Positions 26,864 to 37,516 of a DNA stretch of 64,000 nt are shown piece by piece. Source of the stretch: an uncultured delta proteobacterium. Lineage in GTDB: Bacteria > Myxococcota_A > Polyangia > Fen-1088. The notes under the pieces are model-generated. The model saw nothing but the letters and a program-made list of their open reading frames with translations. It made no database searches and was not told the DNA's origin. The stretch lies in the NCBI GenBank assembly GCA_963758155.1, contig CAVWUP010000007.1, positions 12,823 through 76,822 of the forward strand. The letters are read 5' to 3'. Position 1 is the stretch's first letter. Each line of letters starts with the position of its first letter. The translations under genes and the position numbers were made by a program.

Positions 26864-28252
26864 TCACTCGGTTTTTGGGTTTTCAGTCCTGCAAGTTTCA
26901 AGTCCCGTCCACCCCGCAAGACCCCTCGGGAGAAATCCCGAGGGGTTTTGTGTATTTGGAGCGCTGACGTCAACCTCGGTGGAGCCCTCACCAGAGCCAT
27001 TTTCGTTGGCTGGCAGCACAGTGGCAGCAGATTTCTTCGCATCCGGTGCTGACGGCTGCAACCGCGTGCTATCCGGCGTGGTGGCCTTGGGTTCGAAGGC
27101 CAGTCTGTCGATCTCGCTGCGCAGGTAGCCGGGCAGGAGGTGCCCGTACACCTCAGTGGTGATCCTGGGGTCGCTGTGTCGCAGGATCTTCTGCACCGCC
27201 GCCGGGTTCGCGCCCGCCATCAGCAACAGCGATCCAGTCGTGTGGCGAAGATCGTGGAATCGAATCTGACGAACCTGGGCTTTGGGCCACAGCTTCATCC
27301 GGTGGGTCGGGCAATGACGAAGCTCCGCGTCCGCCGCCGCTTCCTTGTGAGCGCAACCCTTCTTGCGGCAGACGTGCTGATAGCCGGTGGCGAAGCCCGC
27401 GTGGATGAGGGCACGTCGGAGCACATCCTCCAGCGGGGTGTGCCGCGACAACATCGAACCATCCGGAGCCGGGAAGACCAGATCTGACCGCGATGCCGCG
27501 ATGGCGGCCCGCAGGTAGGGGACAAGCTCGGCCGCGATCGGGATCGATTCGGCATGGCCGCCTTTGGTGGTGTCGTGGTCGTAGGACCGCACCACGGTGA
27601 TTAGGCCGGTCGAGAAGTCGACGTCCGATTTGAGCAGGCCCAGCAGTTCTCCCTTCCTGAGCCCCGTGTAGATCGCCGTCGCGAACAGCGGTCGCCACTT
27701 CGACGGCACGGCCCGCAGCACGGGCGGCACCTCGTGAAGCCGCAGGAACTCGGGCTTTCCCTTCGGCACGCGGCGCCGCCGGACATCCTCGACCGGATTC
27801 GCGCCCTGCCACTTGCCGGCCCGCCTCGCGCAGTTGAAGGCGGTGAGCAGGAAACGGCGCAGATGGTTCAGCGTTTGGGGCGCTAGCTTGTCCGCCCTTT
27901 CTTGTAGGAAAGCCTCGATCTTCCCTGAGGTCACCTCGACCAGAAGCAGATCGGCGATCCCAGGCGAAGCGAAATGCTTGCCGAGTGTGGAAACGTTCCG
28001 ATCGTGCGAGGGCGATCCGACCGAGTACGTCTGGAGCCACCAGGTCAGGAGTTCGCCCAGCCTGCCACCACCATCCTCGGGTGGCAGCGTCTCCAGCCCC
28101 AGCCGCGCGCGTTCGAAACGGGTTTCGAGTTCGCCGACGAGACGCTTCGCCTCGATCTTCGTGCGGGCAGTGGACGACCTGTCCCGCCACCGGCCGTGCT
28201 GGTCGCGGTAGCGGAGGTACCATCTGCCTCTTTTCACGTACACGGAAGCCAT
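26864..28252 (-). CDS. int: tyrosine-type site-specific integrase
   Basis: N-terminal SAM-like domain, catalytic R...HDLRHT...TTEVYGHL box. The last ~60 aa is low-complexity read-through. Confidence 0.9.
   Translation of the reverse strand: MASVYVKRGRWYLRYRDQHGRWRDRSSTARTKIEAKRLVGELETRFERARLGLETLPPEDGGGRLGELLTWWLQTYSVGSPSHDRNVSTLGKHFASPGIADLLLVEVTSGKIEAFLQERADKLAPQTLNHLRRFLLTAFNCARRAGKWQGANPVEDVRRRRVPKGKPEFLRLHEVPPVLRAVPSKWRPLFATAIYTGLRKGELLGLLKSDVDFSTGLITVVRSYDHDTTKGGHAESIPIAAELVPYLRAAIAASRSDLVFPAPDGSMLSRHTPLEDVLRRALIHAGFATGYQHVCRKKGCAHKEAAADAELRHCPTHRMKLWPKAQVRQIRFHDLRHTTGSLLLMAGANPAAVQKILRHSDPRITTEVYGHLLPGYLRSEIDRLAFEPKATTPDSTRLQPSAPDAKKSAATVLPANENGSGEGSTEVDVSAPNTQNPSGFLPRGLAGWTGLETCRTENPKTE
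26921..26957 (+). terminator. GC hairpin (CCCCTCGGG-agaaat-CCCGAGGGG) followed by TTTTGTGTATTT
   Basis: Read directly. Lies inside the 3' tail of the integrase ORF. Confidence 0.4.
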
Positions 28253-28275
28253 GACGTTCTCGATCCACTCTCCAG

Positions 28276-28521
28276 CTAGCGCGGGTGCCGAATCGTAGCA
28301 GATGCCGCCCGGGGCGCAGGTGAAGAACAACCCGCGGAAACATGCTCCCGGATTGCAGCGGGGTCGAAGCGCACCAACGCGCCCACCCGGATGTGGGGCA
28401 GAAGGCCGCATTCGAGCCGGTGGTACACCCAACTCCGCGACACTTTCAGGTATGCAGCCACCTCGGTCACCGTCCACAAGCCGTCGGACACGGGAACGTC
28501 GTTCGTGTTGATCGTGTTCAT
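28276..28521 (-). CDS. xis: excisionase / AlpA-like HTH protein
   Basis: LWTVTEVAAYLKVSRSWVYHRLECGLLPHIRVG HTH, directly upstream of int. Confidence 0.7.
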   Translation of the reverse strand: MNTINTNDVPVSDGLWTVTEVAAYLKVSRSWVYHRLECGLLPHIRVGALVRFDPAAIREHVSAGCSSPAPRAASATIRHPR

Positions 28522-29458
28522 AGTGATCGCCTCGCAATGACAACTCGCGACTCTCGAAGCCGAAGTCGTAGGTGGGGAAACCGCCAGCGGGGCGGCGTGA
28601 GGCCGCCATCAAGCGCCCAATGGCGCGGACACACCGTTCGAGATCCGACTCGGCCGTCCTCTTGTCGTCGAGGCGGATGGTTCCCGAACGCGCTGCCAGC
28701 GCGGGCAAGGCGCATGCCCAGAACCGCCGGACTCGCGAACGCCGCCAGCGGTTTCCCCGTGCAGCCCACCGCAAGACGACCATGCTCCCGCCCGGTGACC
28801 GCACGTCGCTCGATCCGGGCTACTGCCCGGACGCGCGCGTCGTGATGTCCACCGACCTGAAGGCATCCGGAACCGCAACGTGAACCGTTGCCCAGTACGC
28901 CAGCAGTCCCAGTAGGACTACCGCCGCGGTCAATGCCAGGCATTGGGATCCGAATTGCCGCCAAGTCAGCTCTTTTCGATAATGAGTGTGAGGCATAGTA
29001 AGAGCGAGTCCGGCGACTCCGATACCATGCGCGCCACCCGGGCACATGCAGGAGCACGGCGAGTCCGCCGTGGGCTACAGCTTCTGCGGGCGGGCCGGCA
29101 ACGGCCACACACCCGACTCGCGGTCGGACGCCGGCCCAGACTTCGCCAGGACCAGCGGTCCATACGCGGGCGAGGTTCTGGGGGCCTAGTCGCGCTCCGA
29201 TTCCAAAAAGGAATAGGCAGGGATCGCGGTCGGGCGGCGTGAAGCCGGAGCGCGGGCGCTCCCCGCGGTACAGTCCGACGATGCGCGAATTCATCTGGCC
29301 GCTCGGTCCTTTGGCCGGAGGCTCAGCGGGGCGCATCATAGGTCGGATCGTCCGGGCGGACATCCGTCGCTGACCGGGCTCGCGGATCCGACCGCGCTCC
29401 CCTAGGGCCACCATCTCCCGACTGCGATGCGCAACCGCTCCGCTCTTCCCCTTCAGAA

Positions 29459-29707
29459 TCAGGGCTTGAGCCGCCACACGCCAGGCGAGACCCACTCCAC
29501 GAGCGGATCTCGTTGAACGCACTGCCGGATCTTTGCTTTCCAGTGTGGATTGATTTTCGTCCGTGGGTTGGCCTCCAGCGCGGCGTAGAGCGTGGCAAGA
29601 GGAGCCACGCCGCCGCAGCGTTGGAGCGCACCGCGGACGAGAGTTCGCCAGCTTGGCGAAACCGGCGTCACGTTCGACGTCGATGTTACGGGTTTGGTCG
29701 TGGTCAT
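29459..29707 (-). CDS. small HARE-HTH-like winged-helix protein
   Basis: ...TLYAALEANPRTKINPHWKAKIRQ...VEWVSPGVWRLKP resembles the HARE-HTH C-terminal signature. Confidence 0.35.
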   Translation of the reverse strand: MTTTKPVTSTSNVTPVSPSWRTLVRGALQRCGGVAPLATLYAALEANPRTKINPHWKAKIRQCVQRDPLVEWVSPGVWRLKP

Positions 29708-30167
29708 ATGCGTAGTCGGTTAAGAAACGAGCCCGGTCACGCAAAGGACGAACAGCCCGGAGCACCGCGAGAGCAGCCGAGATACGGCATCCCATAACTA
29801 GTAAATGGCTGTTGCGGGCCATCTGTTACTCCAACGGCTGCCGACCCGCTTGGAAGCGGTCCGTCCGGTGTTCGGCGAACCCGGGGCACGCTGTTGGGCC
29901 ACAACCCGCGTCCCGCCGCGTACCCCACACATGGGCGCCGACCACTCACTCCTTGATCATGCGCCGGCGAGGAGCGTCCGTCGCCGATCACTCGGGAAAC
30001 TCCTCTGCTGGACCCGTACCATGATCCAACATTCCTCTCAAGCGCGCACGTTCGGTGTCACCCGCCGCGTCGCAGGACGAAGCAATGTTCGCGATCCAGA
30101 TTGGCTGGGGAACGATCTGCTATGCAACGGCGGGGCGCGAGCACCGTCCGCCGTAACGGCGGTGAGT

Positions 30168-31052
30168 CTAGGAAGCCTCGACGACGTACTTGGCTTCGAG
30201 GTCACCTGCGTATTCTCGCAGGGCAGCCGGACACTGGGCATCGCTCCGGAGATAAGCGAGCACGTCCTCGATGGCGACAGCGGCCACGCGCTCGCGCGTG
30301 CTTGGATGAAGCGCAGCAAGCGCTACAGTCAGCTTGTCCCAGAGCCGGGTGTTCGCACGGGGGAGGAGAAACACAAGCTTCGAGCCGGGCAGCAGGATTA
30401 TGTGCCACACGTTGCGCAGAAACTGGTATGCGCGGAAGAACTCGGGTTCCTGAAGCATTCGTCCGTCGACATGGCCGCTCAAGGGCCGACGGTAGATGAC
30501 CTCGAGTTTGCGCCGATGCTTTTCGTCGGTGCTGGCCCTCCCAAAGTCGGCTTCGGACAACTTCACCTCACACATCACCACGGTTCCGTCGGCGAGTTGC
30601 CACTTGGCATCCAGATTCGTGCCTTCGTCCTTGTCTGGAATCGACTCGGGCTCCCACGATTCGAGCGGTGGCGCTTGCCCAAGTGCGCGAAGGAGTGAAG
30701 AACTCCCCGCTTTTGGGCCGCCGAAGAATGGGAAGAATAGATTGAACGCGAATGCCTGTGACGAATTCAGATGGTGGAAGTAGCGGTGCAACCGGACCTC
30801 GCCATTGGCGGCCAGGTGGGCTTTGACGAGGGGTTGTGCCAGGCCGAGCAGATTCGCCCACTTCTTGGCACGTGGCAGCACGTGTTCCTTGGGGACAGCT
30901 CTCCCGCGGTACTGAAACGTCCCCGGTTCGCGAATGCGAAGCACCGAGTACTTATACCTGATGAGGTGCGCGAGGAGCCGTGCTCGATATTCCATGAATG
31001 CCTGTGCGTCTTCGTGCCTCTGAATCTGATCCCGACCTCGGATCATCTTCAC
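30168..31052 (-). CDS. hypothetical protein, possible PD-(D/E)xK nuclease fold; low-GC gene
   Basis: GC clearly below neighbours. VVMCEVKLSEADFG motif is D/ExK-like. Confidence 0.45.
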   Translation of the reverse strand: MKMIRGRDQIQRHEDAQAFMEYRARLLAHLIRYKYSVLRIREPGTFQYRGRAVPKEHVLPRAKKWANLLGLAQPLVKAHLAANGEVRLHRYFHHLNSSQAFAFNLFFPFFGGPKAGSSSLLRALGQAPPLESWEPESIPDKDEGTNLDAKWQLADGTVVMCEVKLSEADFGRASTDEKHRRKLEVIYRRPLSGHVDGRMLQEPEFFRAYQFLRNVWHIILLPGSKLVFLLPRANTRLWDKLTVALAALHPSTRERVAAVAIEDVLAYLRSDAQCPAALREYAGDLEAKYVVEAS

Positions 31053-31088
31053 CCAGCCGGTGGGTCAATCTCGGTGGCGAAATCGTGT

Positions 31089-31331
31089 CTAGGTCTGATC
31101 TCGCGTTCTAACCCTTCCGGCTGCGCGGGTCGCTTCCCTCGCTGTCTTTCTGTCGGATGGTGCCATTGCGCCCTGAACGACGAGTTCTGAGCGCTCATTC
31201 TTGGCCAACTCGCGGCCGCGCTCGATCATTTCCGCTTGGGTTTGGCCAACGGCGCTTGCTTTGGCGTTTCCGGCTTTCTTCGCCTGCCAACCCCCGTCCC
31301 TGTGTGGTCCCACAAATACGTTCTTTCCCAT
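31089..31331 (-). CDS. DUF2188 family protein
   Basis: MGKNVFVGPHRDGGWQAKKAGNAKASAVGQTQAEMIERGRELAKNERSELVVQG matches the DUF2188 consensus. Confidence 0.75.
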   Translation of the reverse strand: MGKNVFVGPHRDGGWQAKKAGNAKASAVGQTQAEMIERGRELAKNERSELVVQGAMAPSDRKTAREATRAAGRVRTRDQT

Positions 31332-31685
31332 GTTCTCATCTCCTCTCGCTCTCGCCGGCTGTGAAATACGCCAAGGCCGGCAATTTCCGGCAAATCTACC
31401 GAACAACTGAACTGATGTCCAGTACAGAACAGCTCGTCACTCCATCGCTACCCCGGCTGAAGCATGCGCCGACCCGTCCGCATCCGCGTCGCGGCCCGAC
31501 GTCGCTCGTGCTCATGCGCCAGTCACACACTGGTCTGAGACGCGGCCAACTCGCTCAGCGACATTTACAAGGATTTCGCAGGCATGGTTACGATGCGCCT
31601 GGCCGTTCTGTGTGGCTACCCCGTGCGGCCAGGTGCCCAGGCGATAGCGCAGGCCCGAAGCCATCGCGTAGCCACCAACTGATGA

Positions 31686-34600
31686 TCACGCGTCTTGTAA
31701 CCTGACGACATGAACACCATTCCCTAACACCTGCTGCGCGATGGCGACGAGGTGCTCATGGTGGGTGAAAAACAGCACCTGGGTGTGCATCGCGAGGTCC
31801 GAGAGCACGCGAAAGGCAGCCGCGGCTCTCTGGTTATCGTAATGCGCCAGTAGATCGTCCGCGACGAACGGTAACGCCAGCGACGATTCGAGGTGCATCT
31901 CAAGAGCGGCGATTCTCAGAGCAAGGTAGAGCTGGTCTGCGGTCCCAGTACTCATGCTGCCCACGACGACGCGCTGGCTGTTGCGGCGGATTCCCGCCAG
32001 ACGCGGTTCATCCTTCTCGTCCAGTTCGGCTGCCAGTTGCACAAACTCGCCGAGGGTCAGGATCGAAAATAGGCCACTCGCGCGCGCGAGTAGTGGGCCC
32101 TGTTTCTCCCGGCGAAAGCGCTCGATGGCCCAACGGAGCAGAACGAGGGCCACGCGCACTCGGATGTAGCGCTCCATGGTCTCGGTCATACTAGCGATCG
32201 CCTCATTGCGCTGCGCGGCCGCGGTGGCGGCGTCGGCTTGGCCGGCTATCGCCTCCAGTTCGCGCTGTGCATCCTTCAACGAGACCACCAACCCCTTCTG
32301 CTTGTCCGACTGATCCTGGTGATCCTGGCGCGCCTTCGCGAGCGCGAGATCGAGCAGCGACCGGTCTTCCGCGGCCAATTCGGCTACGAGTTCGTCCAGC
32401 GTAAGACCATCTCCCGTCTCGATCAGATGTTGTTCCGTCGTATCAAGTTCGCGCTGCAGTTGCCGACGTCGTTGTGAAAGCTCGATCGCCGCAGTGAGAT
32501 CGGACAGACTCCCGACCCCCGCGCTCTCCAACAGCGGCTGCAGACGCGACTGGGCCTCTTGCCTCTTCGTGACTTCCTGACGGTGCTCATCTTGGAGATC
32601 CCCAATCCGCACAATCGCCTCATCCCGCACACGCTTGGATTCCTCGGCCGAAGCTAGGCGCAGTTCCAACTCCCGGGCCGCATCCATCGGTTCTCGACCC
32701 TGGAGTTCAGGCGCGACGGCACGGACAAGCCGAGCAATCTCCTGACCGAACACTTCGAGGTCCCGGAGCATCGTTTCGATTCGCGTTTTCTCTATGCTGC
32801 CGATCTCCCGTAGTTTTCCGTCGAGATCTTGCATCAGCGACAGCGCGCGAGAAGGTACATCGGGCTCCGTGGCCTGGGGCAGACCGAACTCCGCAAGGCA
32901 TCTTGCGAGATTTTTCTGCCACTCGACCATCGCCCGTTCGGCCTCCCCGTGTCTGGCCTCGAGATCAGGAAGAGACTGGTCCAGGCTCTTGAGCTGGTTG
33001 ACGAGCGCCTGTTGGCGTGTCCGCTCATCGTCGAGCGCTCGAACCGTCTCATCCGCGAAACCGACCAGGCCTGCAAACCCACGCCCTTCAACCTCTGCGT
33101 CAGCAACCCCAGCCGCAGTCAGCGCCTCGCGTAGTCCCTGCGCTGCCGCCTCCACATCACGATCGTGTCGCTCGACCTCGTCCCTTGCGCGCTCAAACAC
33201 CGAAGCGTCGTCGAGCGCCTTCTCACGGCGCACGATCCATGCCCGAAGTTTGGCCGGCGTCTCCAGAGAAATGCCGAACCCCGCTTGAAGCCGCGCGAGA
33301 TCACTCAGCGCCGTCTCCTCTTCCAACTTGAGTTCGCGCAGACGAGTGTCGGCAGCTTCCAGTCGATGGGCACACGTCTCAATGTCGGCACGAACCTGTT
33401 GTAGGGTGACGGAAGCCTCGGCGGCATCGAACCGCCGGTCGGCCAGCAGGTCGACATCCCGCACCAGCGTCTCGAACTCGCCCAGCCTTGCTGCACTCGG
33501 CTGAGTAGTGGAGTCAACGCCCTTCTCGACAGAAGATCGCAACAACCGCCAGTTCTCGTCGCGTCGAGCGCGCGCGTGTGCGAGATCCTCTGCAGTCACC
33601 GGTTGCTCATCCCGCTCGACCTGGCGCTCCTGGAGCCGCCGTTGTTCTAGGGTCTGCGCCTCGGCCGCTCGCCCCGAGCGCGTTGCCTCCTGGTCCTTCG
33701 TGAGCCGCCGAACCCGTTCTGCAATCGCATCTAGTTCCTCCTCAGTCGGAGGCACAATCCGGCGGAGGGCTTCCAGGTCCCCGCTCCAGGGGGCAAGTTG
33801 ACCGAATGCGATGCGCATTTTCTTCTCTGCAGTCGCAACTGGCGTCTCCAGAGCACGCCGTCGAGCATCGGCATCGCCGAGCTTACGGGCCGCGGCGATG
33901 GCGTCGCAGAGAGACCCAGGAGATCCCCTGTCGCGCGACGGGTCGCGTTCCAGAGCCACTTGGCGGCGTTCGCTGCGTTTCTCTGCGAGAGCTTGCCCGG
34001 CTGCGACGCTCGTGGCAGCAAGGCCAGCGTGGCGCCCAAGGAGGTGGGAGAGATCCTCCCGCGCCAATTCGGAGGGAATCCGTCCACGCCATTCGGCCAG
34101 CGTTCCTGCGGGCCAACCGAGGCGTGTGGCAAGCTCACCAGCCTGCATTGTCAGCTGTTGACTCTCCGCCCGCCTCTTCGCAATCCCCTCGGCATGACCC
34201 GTCAGCCTATGCCTCTCCCGCGTGCTGGCCCGAATGTCTTCCACCAGGGCTAGCACCCCCTCGTCAACCAGCGTCGTGTCCCGCCTCCCCGCAGCCTTTT
34301 CAAGATCGCCGGCAATACGCGCACACGCCCCGTCGGCGAGCGCGATCTCCGTCATAGCATCCCGCACCTGTTTGTCGGCCGTCTCGGGGAGAAGAGGAAT
34401 CCTCGCCAGCCCGGTCAGATCTTCGCGCAGGTGGGTCCTTCGAGCGAGCGCGGCCGCAACACGTTTGACCCTCTCGAGGTGAGCGCATTGCCGAACGAGT
34501 CGCTTCAGCTCAGCATCCCCCTCGTTCACGGCCTTTTCGGCCTCCTGGACTTTTCGCTCCGCCTCCCTGAAGTCCTTCGCCCGAACGATCGTGTCCCGCA

Positions 34601-35186
34601 GTGCCGTGTCGGCCGAGTTGAGTAGATCAAGTGCGACGTAGTACCGCCGGCTCGCGTTGCGGCGCGGACCCCACAGCTCCTCGGCCTGACTTTCGAGGTT
34701 CTCGAACACCTCGCCGAATCGGGCCAGACCACCGCTCGCCTGGAAGAGCATCCGCCCGATATCGTCCCTGGCGTCAAGCAACTGTTTACCGCCGTTCACC
34801 AGTCCTGCATGGTCCAGGCTAAACATGCGCTCGAAAAGCGCACGATCGGTGCTGCCAAGGAAGGGCGCCAGCACGGAATCAGCGAGCACACCCTCGCTGT
34901 CGTCGAGCAACGTGTTCTTGATACCCTTGCGCCGCCGGAAGGAGAGTCGCTGATTCCCTTGCTCAAGCACCGCACCGATGCGCATCGACTTGGTATCGTG
35001 GAGAAATGAGTATGGCGTGTTGCCTGCTATGTTGAACAACACGTCGGAGAGGGCCGCACGCGTCGTCGACTTCCCCGCCTCGTTCGGACCGACGACGACG
35101 TGAAAGTCCGGCACGTGCGCCGGAAGTTCAACAACCCGATCGGTGAAGCACCCGTAGCGAGCAAGGTCAAGACGAGCGACGCGCAT
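31686..35186 (-). CDS. SbcC/YhaN-like SMC-family AAA ATPase
   Basis: Walker A GPNEAGKST, about 900 aa of coiled coil, C-terminal signature/Walker B (MSTGTADQLYLALRIA...PFVADDLLAHYD). Confidence 0.85.
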   Translation of the reverse strand: MRVARLDLARYGCFTDRVVELPAHVPDFHVVVGPNEAGKSTTRAALSDVLFNIAGNTPYSFLHDTKSMRIGAVLEQGNQRLSFRRRKGIKNTLLDDSEGVLADSVLAPFLGSTDRALFERMFSLDHAGLVNGGKQLLDARDDIGRMLFQASGGLARFGEVFENLESQAEELWGPRRNASRRYYVALDLLNSADTALRDTIVRAKDFREAERKVQEAEKAVNEGDAELKRLVRQCAHLERVKRVAAALARRTHLREDLTGLARIPLLPETADKQVRDAMTEIALADGACARIAGDLEKAAGRRDTTLVDEGVLALVEDIRASTRERHRLTGHAEGIAKRRAESQQLTMQAGELATRLGWPAGTLAEWRGRIPSELAREDLSHLLGRHAGLAATSVAAGQALAEKRSERRQVALERDPSRDRGSPGSLCDAIAAARKLGDADARRRALETPVATAEKKMRIAFGQLAPWSGDLEALRRIVPPTEEELDAIAERVRRLTKDQEATRSGRAAEAQTLEQRRLQERQVERDEQPVTAEDLAHARARRDENWRLLRSSVEKGVDSTTQPSAARLGEFETLVRDVDLLADRRFDAAEASVTLQQVRADIETCAHRLEAADTRLRELKLEEETALSDLARLQAGFGISLETPAKLRAWIVRREKALDDASVFERARDEVERHDRDVEAAAQGLREALTAAGVADAEVEGRGFAGLVGFADETVRALDDERTRQQALVNQLKSLDQSLPDLEARHGEAERAMVEWQKNLARCLAEFGLPQATEPDVPSRALSLMQDLDGKLREIGSIEKTRIETMLRDLEVFGQEIARLVRAVAPELQGREPMDAARELELRLASAEESKRVRDEAIVRIGDLQDEHRQEVTKRQEAQSRLQPLLESAGVGSLSDLTAAIELSQRRRQLQRELDTTEQHLIETGDGLTLDELVAELAAEDRSLLDLALAKARQDHQDQSDKQKGLVVSLKDAQRELEAIAGQADAATAAAQRNEAIASMTETMERYIRVRVALVLLRWAIERFRREKQGPLLARASGLFSILTLGEFVQLAAELDEKDEPRLAGIRRNSQRVVVGSMSTGTADQLYLALRIAALEMHLESSLALPFVADDLLAHYDNQRAAAAFRVLSDLAMHTQVLFFTHHEHLVAIAQQVLGNGVHVVRLQDA

Positions 35187-35193
35187 TGCAGCC

Positions 35194-36459
35194 TTAGTCA
35201 CCCGCGACACGCGCCACCAAAGCGGGGGCAATCTCTCGAATGATATCGCCGAGCCGATTCTCGCGGATCGCCGAGAGCATCGGGTCTGACGCAGTCCGGA
35301 CCTCGGGCTCTAGCTTGGAGATCATCTCCGCCAGTTCCTCCTCGAGCGCACGCAGGAGGTCAGCATCGCCGGGGGCCTGCTCCAGCATGACGTGGAGATC
35401 AGCAACAGCATCCCCCCGCGCCTCGATTTCCGCCGCGCTCCATGCGGGTTCGGTCGCCAGGCGCAGTTTTTCGATCCACAAGCGCTCCGCGCCGTGTGCG
35501 AGCGCCGCCGCTTGGAGTTCGGCGCGCACGCGCGACTCGGCGCCGAAGAGCTCACCGTGAGCCGCTGTTCTGCCAAACAACGTCACTCGAGCAGCGATTG
35601 GGCGACCGCCAGCCATATCAAGCGCGGTCACGAACCGCGCCTCGGCGCGTGCGATCGCTTCGTTGGCGGTCGCGCAGCCTTGCACGTCGACGCGAATATC
35701 TTCCCAGCGCAGAACGTCTTCGACCAGACGTGACACCGAGACGATCGCGTCTCCGTCGGCCTCGACCAGCATCGCACCTCGCGCACCCGTCTCTCGCACG
35801 TTTCGCCCCTGGAGATTGCCGGGGAACACGACCCAAGGGCGCTCGCATACGATCTCGTACTCGTGCGCGTGACCGAGTGCCCAGTACTCGTACCCTCTGC
35901 CGCGCAAATCGTCGAGATCGCACGGAGCATACGGCTCGTGCCCTTCACGGCCGCCAAGTGCGGTGTGGAGCACACCTATGTTGAGCCAACCAGGAACGCG
36001 CTCCGGGTACTGCTTGACGAGATTCTCGCTGACTGCCCGCTGTCGAAAGCTCTGCCCGTGGATTGCGACGTGTAGGTCGTCGAACTTGATGGTCTCGGCC
36101 TTGCGCGATCCGAATACGTGAACATTGTCCGGCAGACGGAGGCGCAACGATGGACTGAGGTCGCTTTCGGCGTCGTGGTTTCCATAAAGGACGACGACGC
36201 GAATGTTGGCCCCCCGCAGGCGGCCCATCTGCGCGGCAAAGAAGAGCCCCGTGTTGAAGTCTTTCCACGTGCCGTCATACAGGTCACCTGCGATGACCAC
36301 GAAGTCGACTTGTCCAGTGATCGCTTCATCAATCAAACCCTCGAAAGCTCGCCGGGGGGCCGTACGCAGCATGTCGAGCGGAGCCTCCGGGCACGAGCTG
36401 AGTCCGGACAGCGCACTGTCGAGGTGGACATCGGCGGCGTGGATGAATCGGATAGGCAT
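35194..36459 (-). CDS. SbcD/Mre11-like metallophosphoesterase nuclease
   Basis: IHAADVHLD, IAGDLYD, GNHD and ALGHAHE phosphoesterase motifs. Confidence 0.85.
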   Translation of the reverse strand: MPIRFIHAADVHLDSALSGLSSCPEAPLDMLRTAPRRAFEGLIDEAITGQVDFVVIAGDLYDGTWKDFNTGLFFAAQMGRLRGANIRVVVLYGNHDAESDLSPSLRLRLPDNVHVFGSRKAETIKFDDLHVAIHGQSFRQRAVSENLVKQYPERVPGWLNIGVLHTALGGREGHEPYAPCDLDDLRGRGYEYWALGHAHEYEIVCERPWVVFPGNLQGRNVRETGARGAMLVEADGDAIVSVSRLVEDVLRWEDIRVDVQGCATANEAIARAEARFVTALDMAGGRPIAARVTLFGRTAAHGELFGAESRVRAELQAAALAHGAERLWIEKLRLATEPAWSAAEIEARGDAVADLHVMLEQAPGDADLLRALEEELAEMISKLEPEVRTASDPMLSAIRENRLGDIIREIAPALVARVAGD

Positions 36460-36691
36460 TGGTGGGTACCGTCCACGGCACAGCACGCACCAACAGAGTG
36501 AGGGCGCGCTGTCTTGTGGCATGGAAATGCTACACCCTGCGAGCCGGATCGGACGGCAATTTCTCCCGTGACGGGAGCGTTGCTGCCTGTTCGTCGCCAC
36601 CGACGAGTTGCGGATGGGCGGCCGTTCATCGCAGTCACGCCACCCTCGCGCCCCTCGGCCCCCGCGCTTACCTCTCGCGTTTGGGGGCCGC

Positions 36692-37516
36692 TCATCCGAC
36701 GGGCAGAAATGCTGGCCCAGGAAGGCCGAGCGCGTCCGGCAGTGTTCCCCCCTGACGGATTTCGTCCAGCAGGCACATTCGAATCTCCGGCTCGGCCCCA
36801 AGCCCAGACGCGAAGTCCCTGGTGTTGGACAGCCGGCGCTCGCCCTCGGTTACAACCAGCACGACGAGACCGCTCGTGGAGAACAGCGGCATCCCGGCTG
36901 CTCGCGCGCGCACGTAGGCCAGGAGTTTCTGGCGAACCTGGGCTAGTGGCTGCCCGGCGCAGTTGACTTCCCACATGACCAAGCGAACGGCCCCGTCATT
37001 CTCGATCGTCGCGAGGCCATCCGGCACCAGCCGAGCCTCGCGGAACGGCGAGCGATTGGCCAATTCGCCGTCCAGCCTGATGTCTGTCACCGCCAGTAGC
37101 CCGTGCGTCCTGGCGGTCAGGAAAGACACCGCCACGTCCCGAACCGCCACGGCGTGTCCCAGTTTCTGGGACTGGGCGTTCAGCCGATACGGCCTGGTGT
37201 CTTCCGGGGCGAGCCCTTCGTCGCGCAACAAGGTCAGCCCACGCAGGCCGAGCGTCCACACGGTATCGCGATGAAGGGCTCCTCCCTGCAGGTGCGCGCG
37301 CAGGTACCCGTGGTCAAGTAGTGCGCGTAGGCGGCGCTGCGCCCGCCGCCGCGACGGAAATGCTAGACGCTCGATCTGGCATGTCGTCAGGAATCCTGCC
37401 CAACACAGATCCGAGAACAGCGTTCGCTCTCGGCCTGATGGCACCAAGCCGCCCGTGGGCGTGCGCGGGCATGCGCGTTTTGGGAGGCGTGATGCGTTCA
37501 CTCGAACTTCCGCCAT
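36692..37516 (-). CDS. replication-relaxation (Replic_Relax) family protein
   Basis: TLFSDLCWAGFLTTCQIERLAFPSRRRAQRRLRALLDHGYL N-terminal HTH typical of the family. Start uncertain. Confidence 0.65.
   Translation of the reverse strand: MAEVRVNASRLPKRACPRTPTGGLVPSGRERTLFSDLCWAGFLTTCQIERLAFPSRRRAQRRLRALLDHGYLRAHLQGGALHRDTVWTLGLRGLTLLRDEGLAPEDTRPYRLNAQSQKLGHAVAVRDVAVSFLTARTHGLLAVTDIRLDGELANRSPFREARLVPDGLATIENDGAVRLVMWEVNCAGQPLAQVRQKLLAYVRARAAGMPLFSTSGLVVLVVTEGERRLSNTRDFASGLGAEPEIRMCLLDEIRQGGTLPDALGLPGPAFLPVG

Noticed and set aside
26600-26870. Search for a tRNA or tmRNA integration target next to the integrase
   Set aside because: Scanning by eye on both strands found no GGTTCGAATCC-type T-arm or cloverleaf, so the att site is left unresolved rather than called.
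27075-27100. tRNA T-arm-like string tggccttgggttcgaaggcca
   Set aside because: It lies inside the integrase coding region. The loop would be 11 nt, and no acceptor or anticodon arms could be built around it.
28518-29822. 434-aa minus-strand ORF between xis and the low-GC gene
   Set aside because: It is extremely Arg/Gly/Pro-rich low-complexity with no motifs, so it is probably noncoding or hides smaller genes. Only the embedded 82-aa HARE-HTH-like ORF looked protein-like.
29805-30698. 297-aa plus-strand ORF
   Set aside because: Its 3' half is antisense to the low-GC 294-aa gene, and its 5' half is low-complexity.
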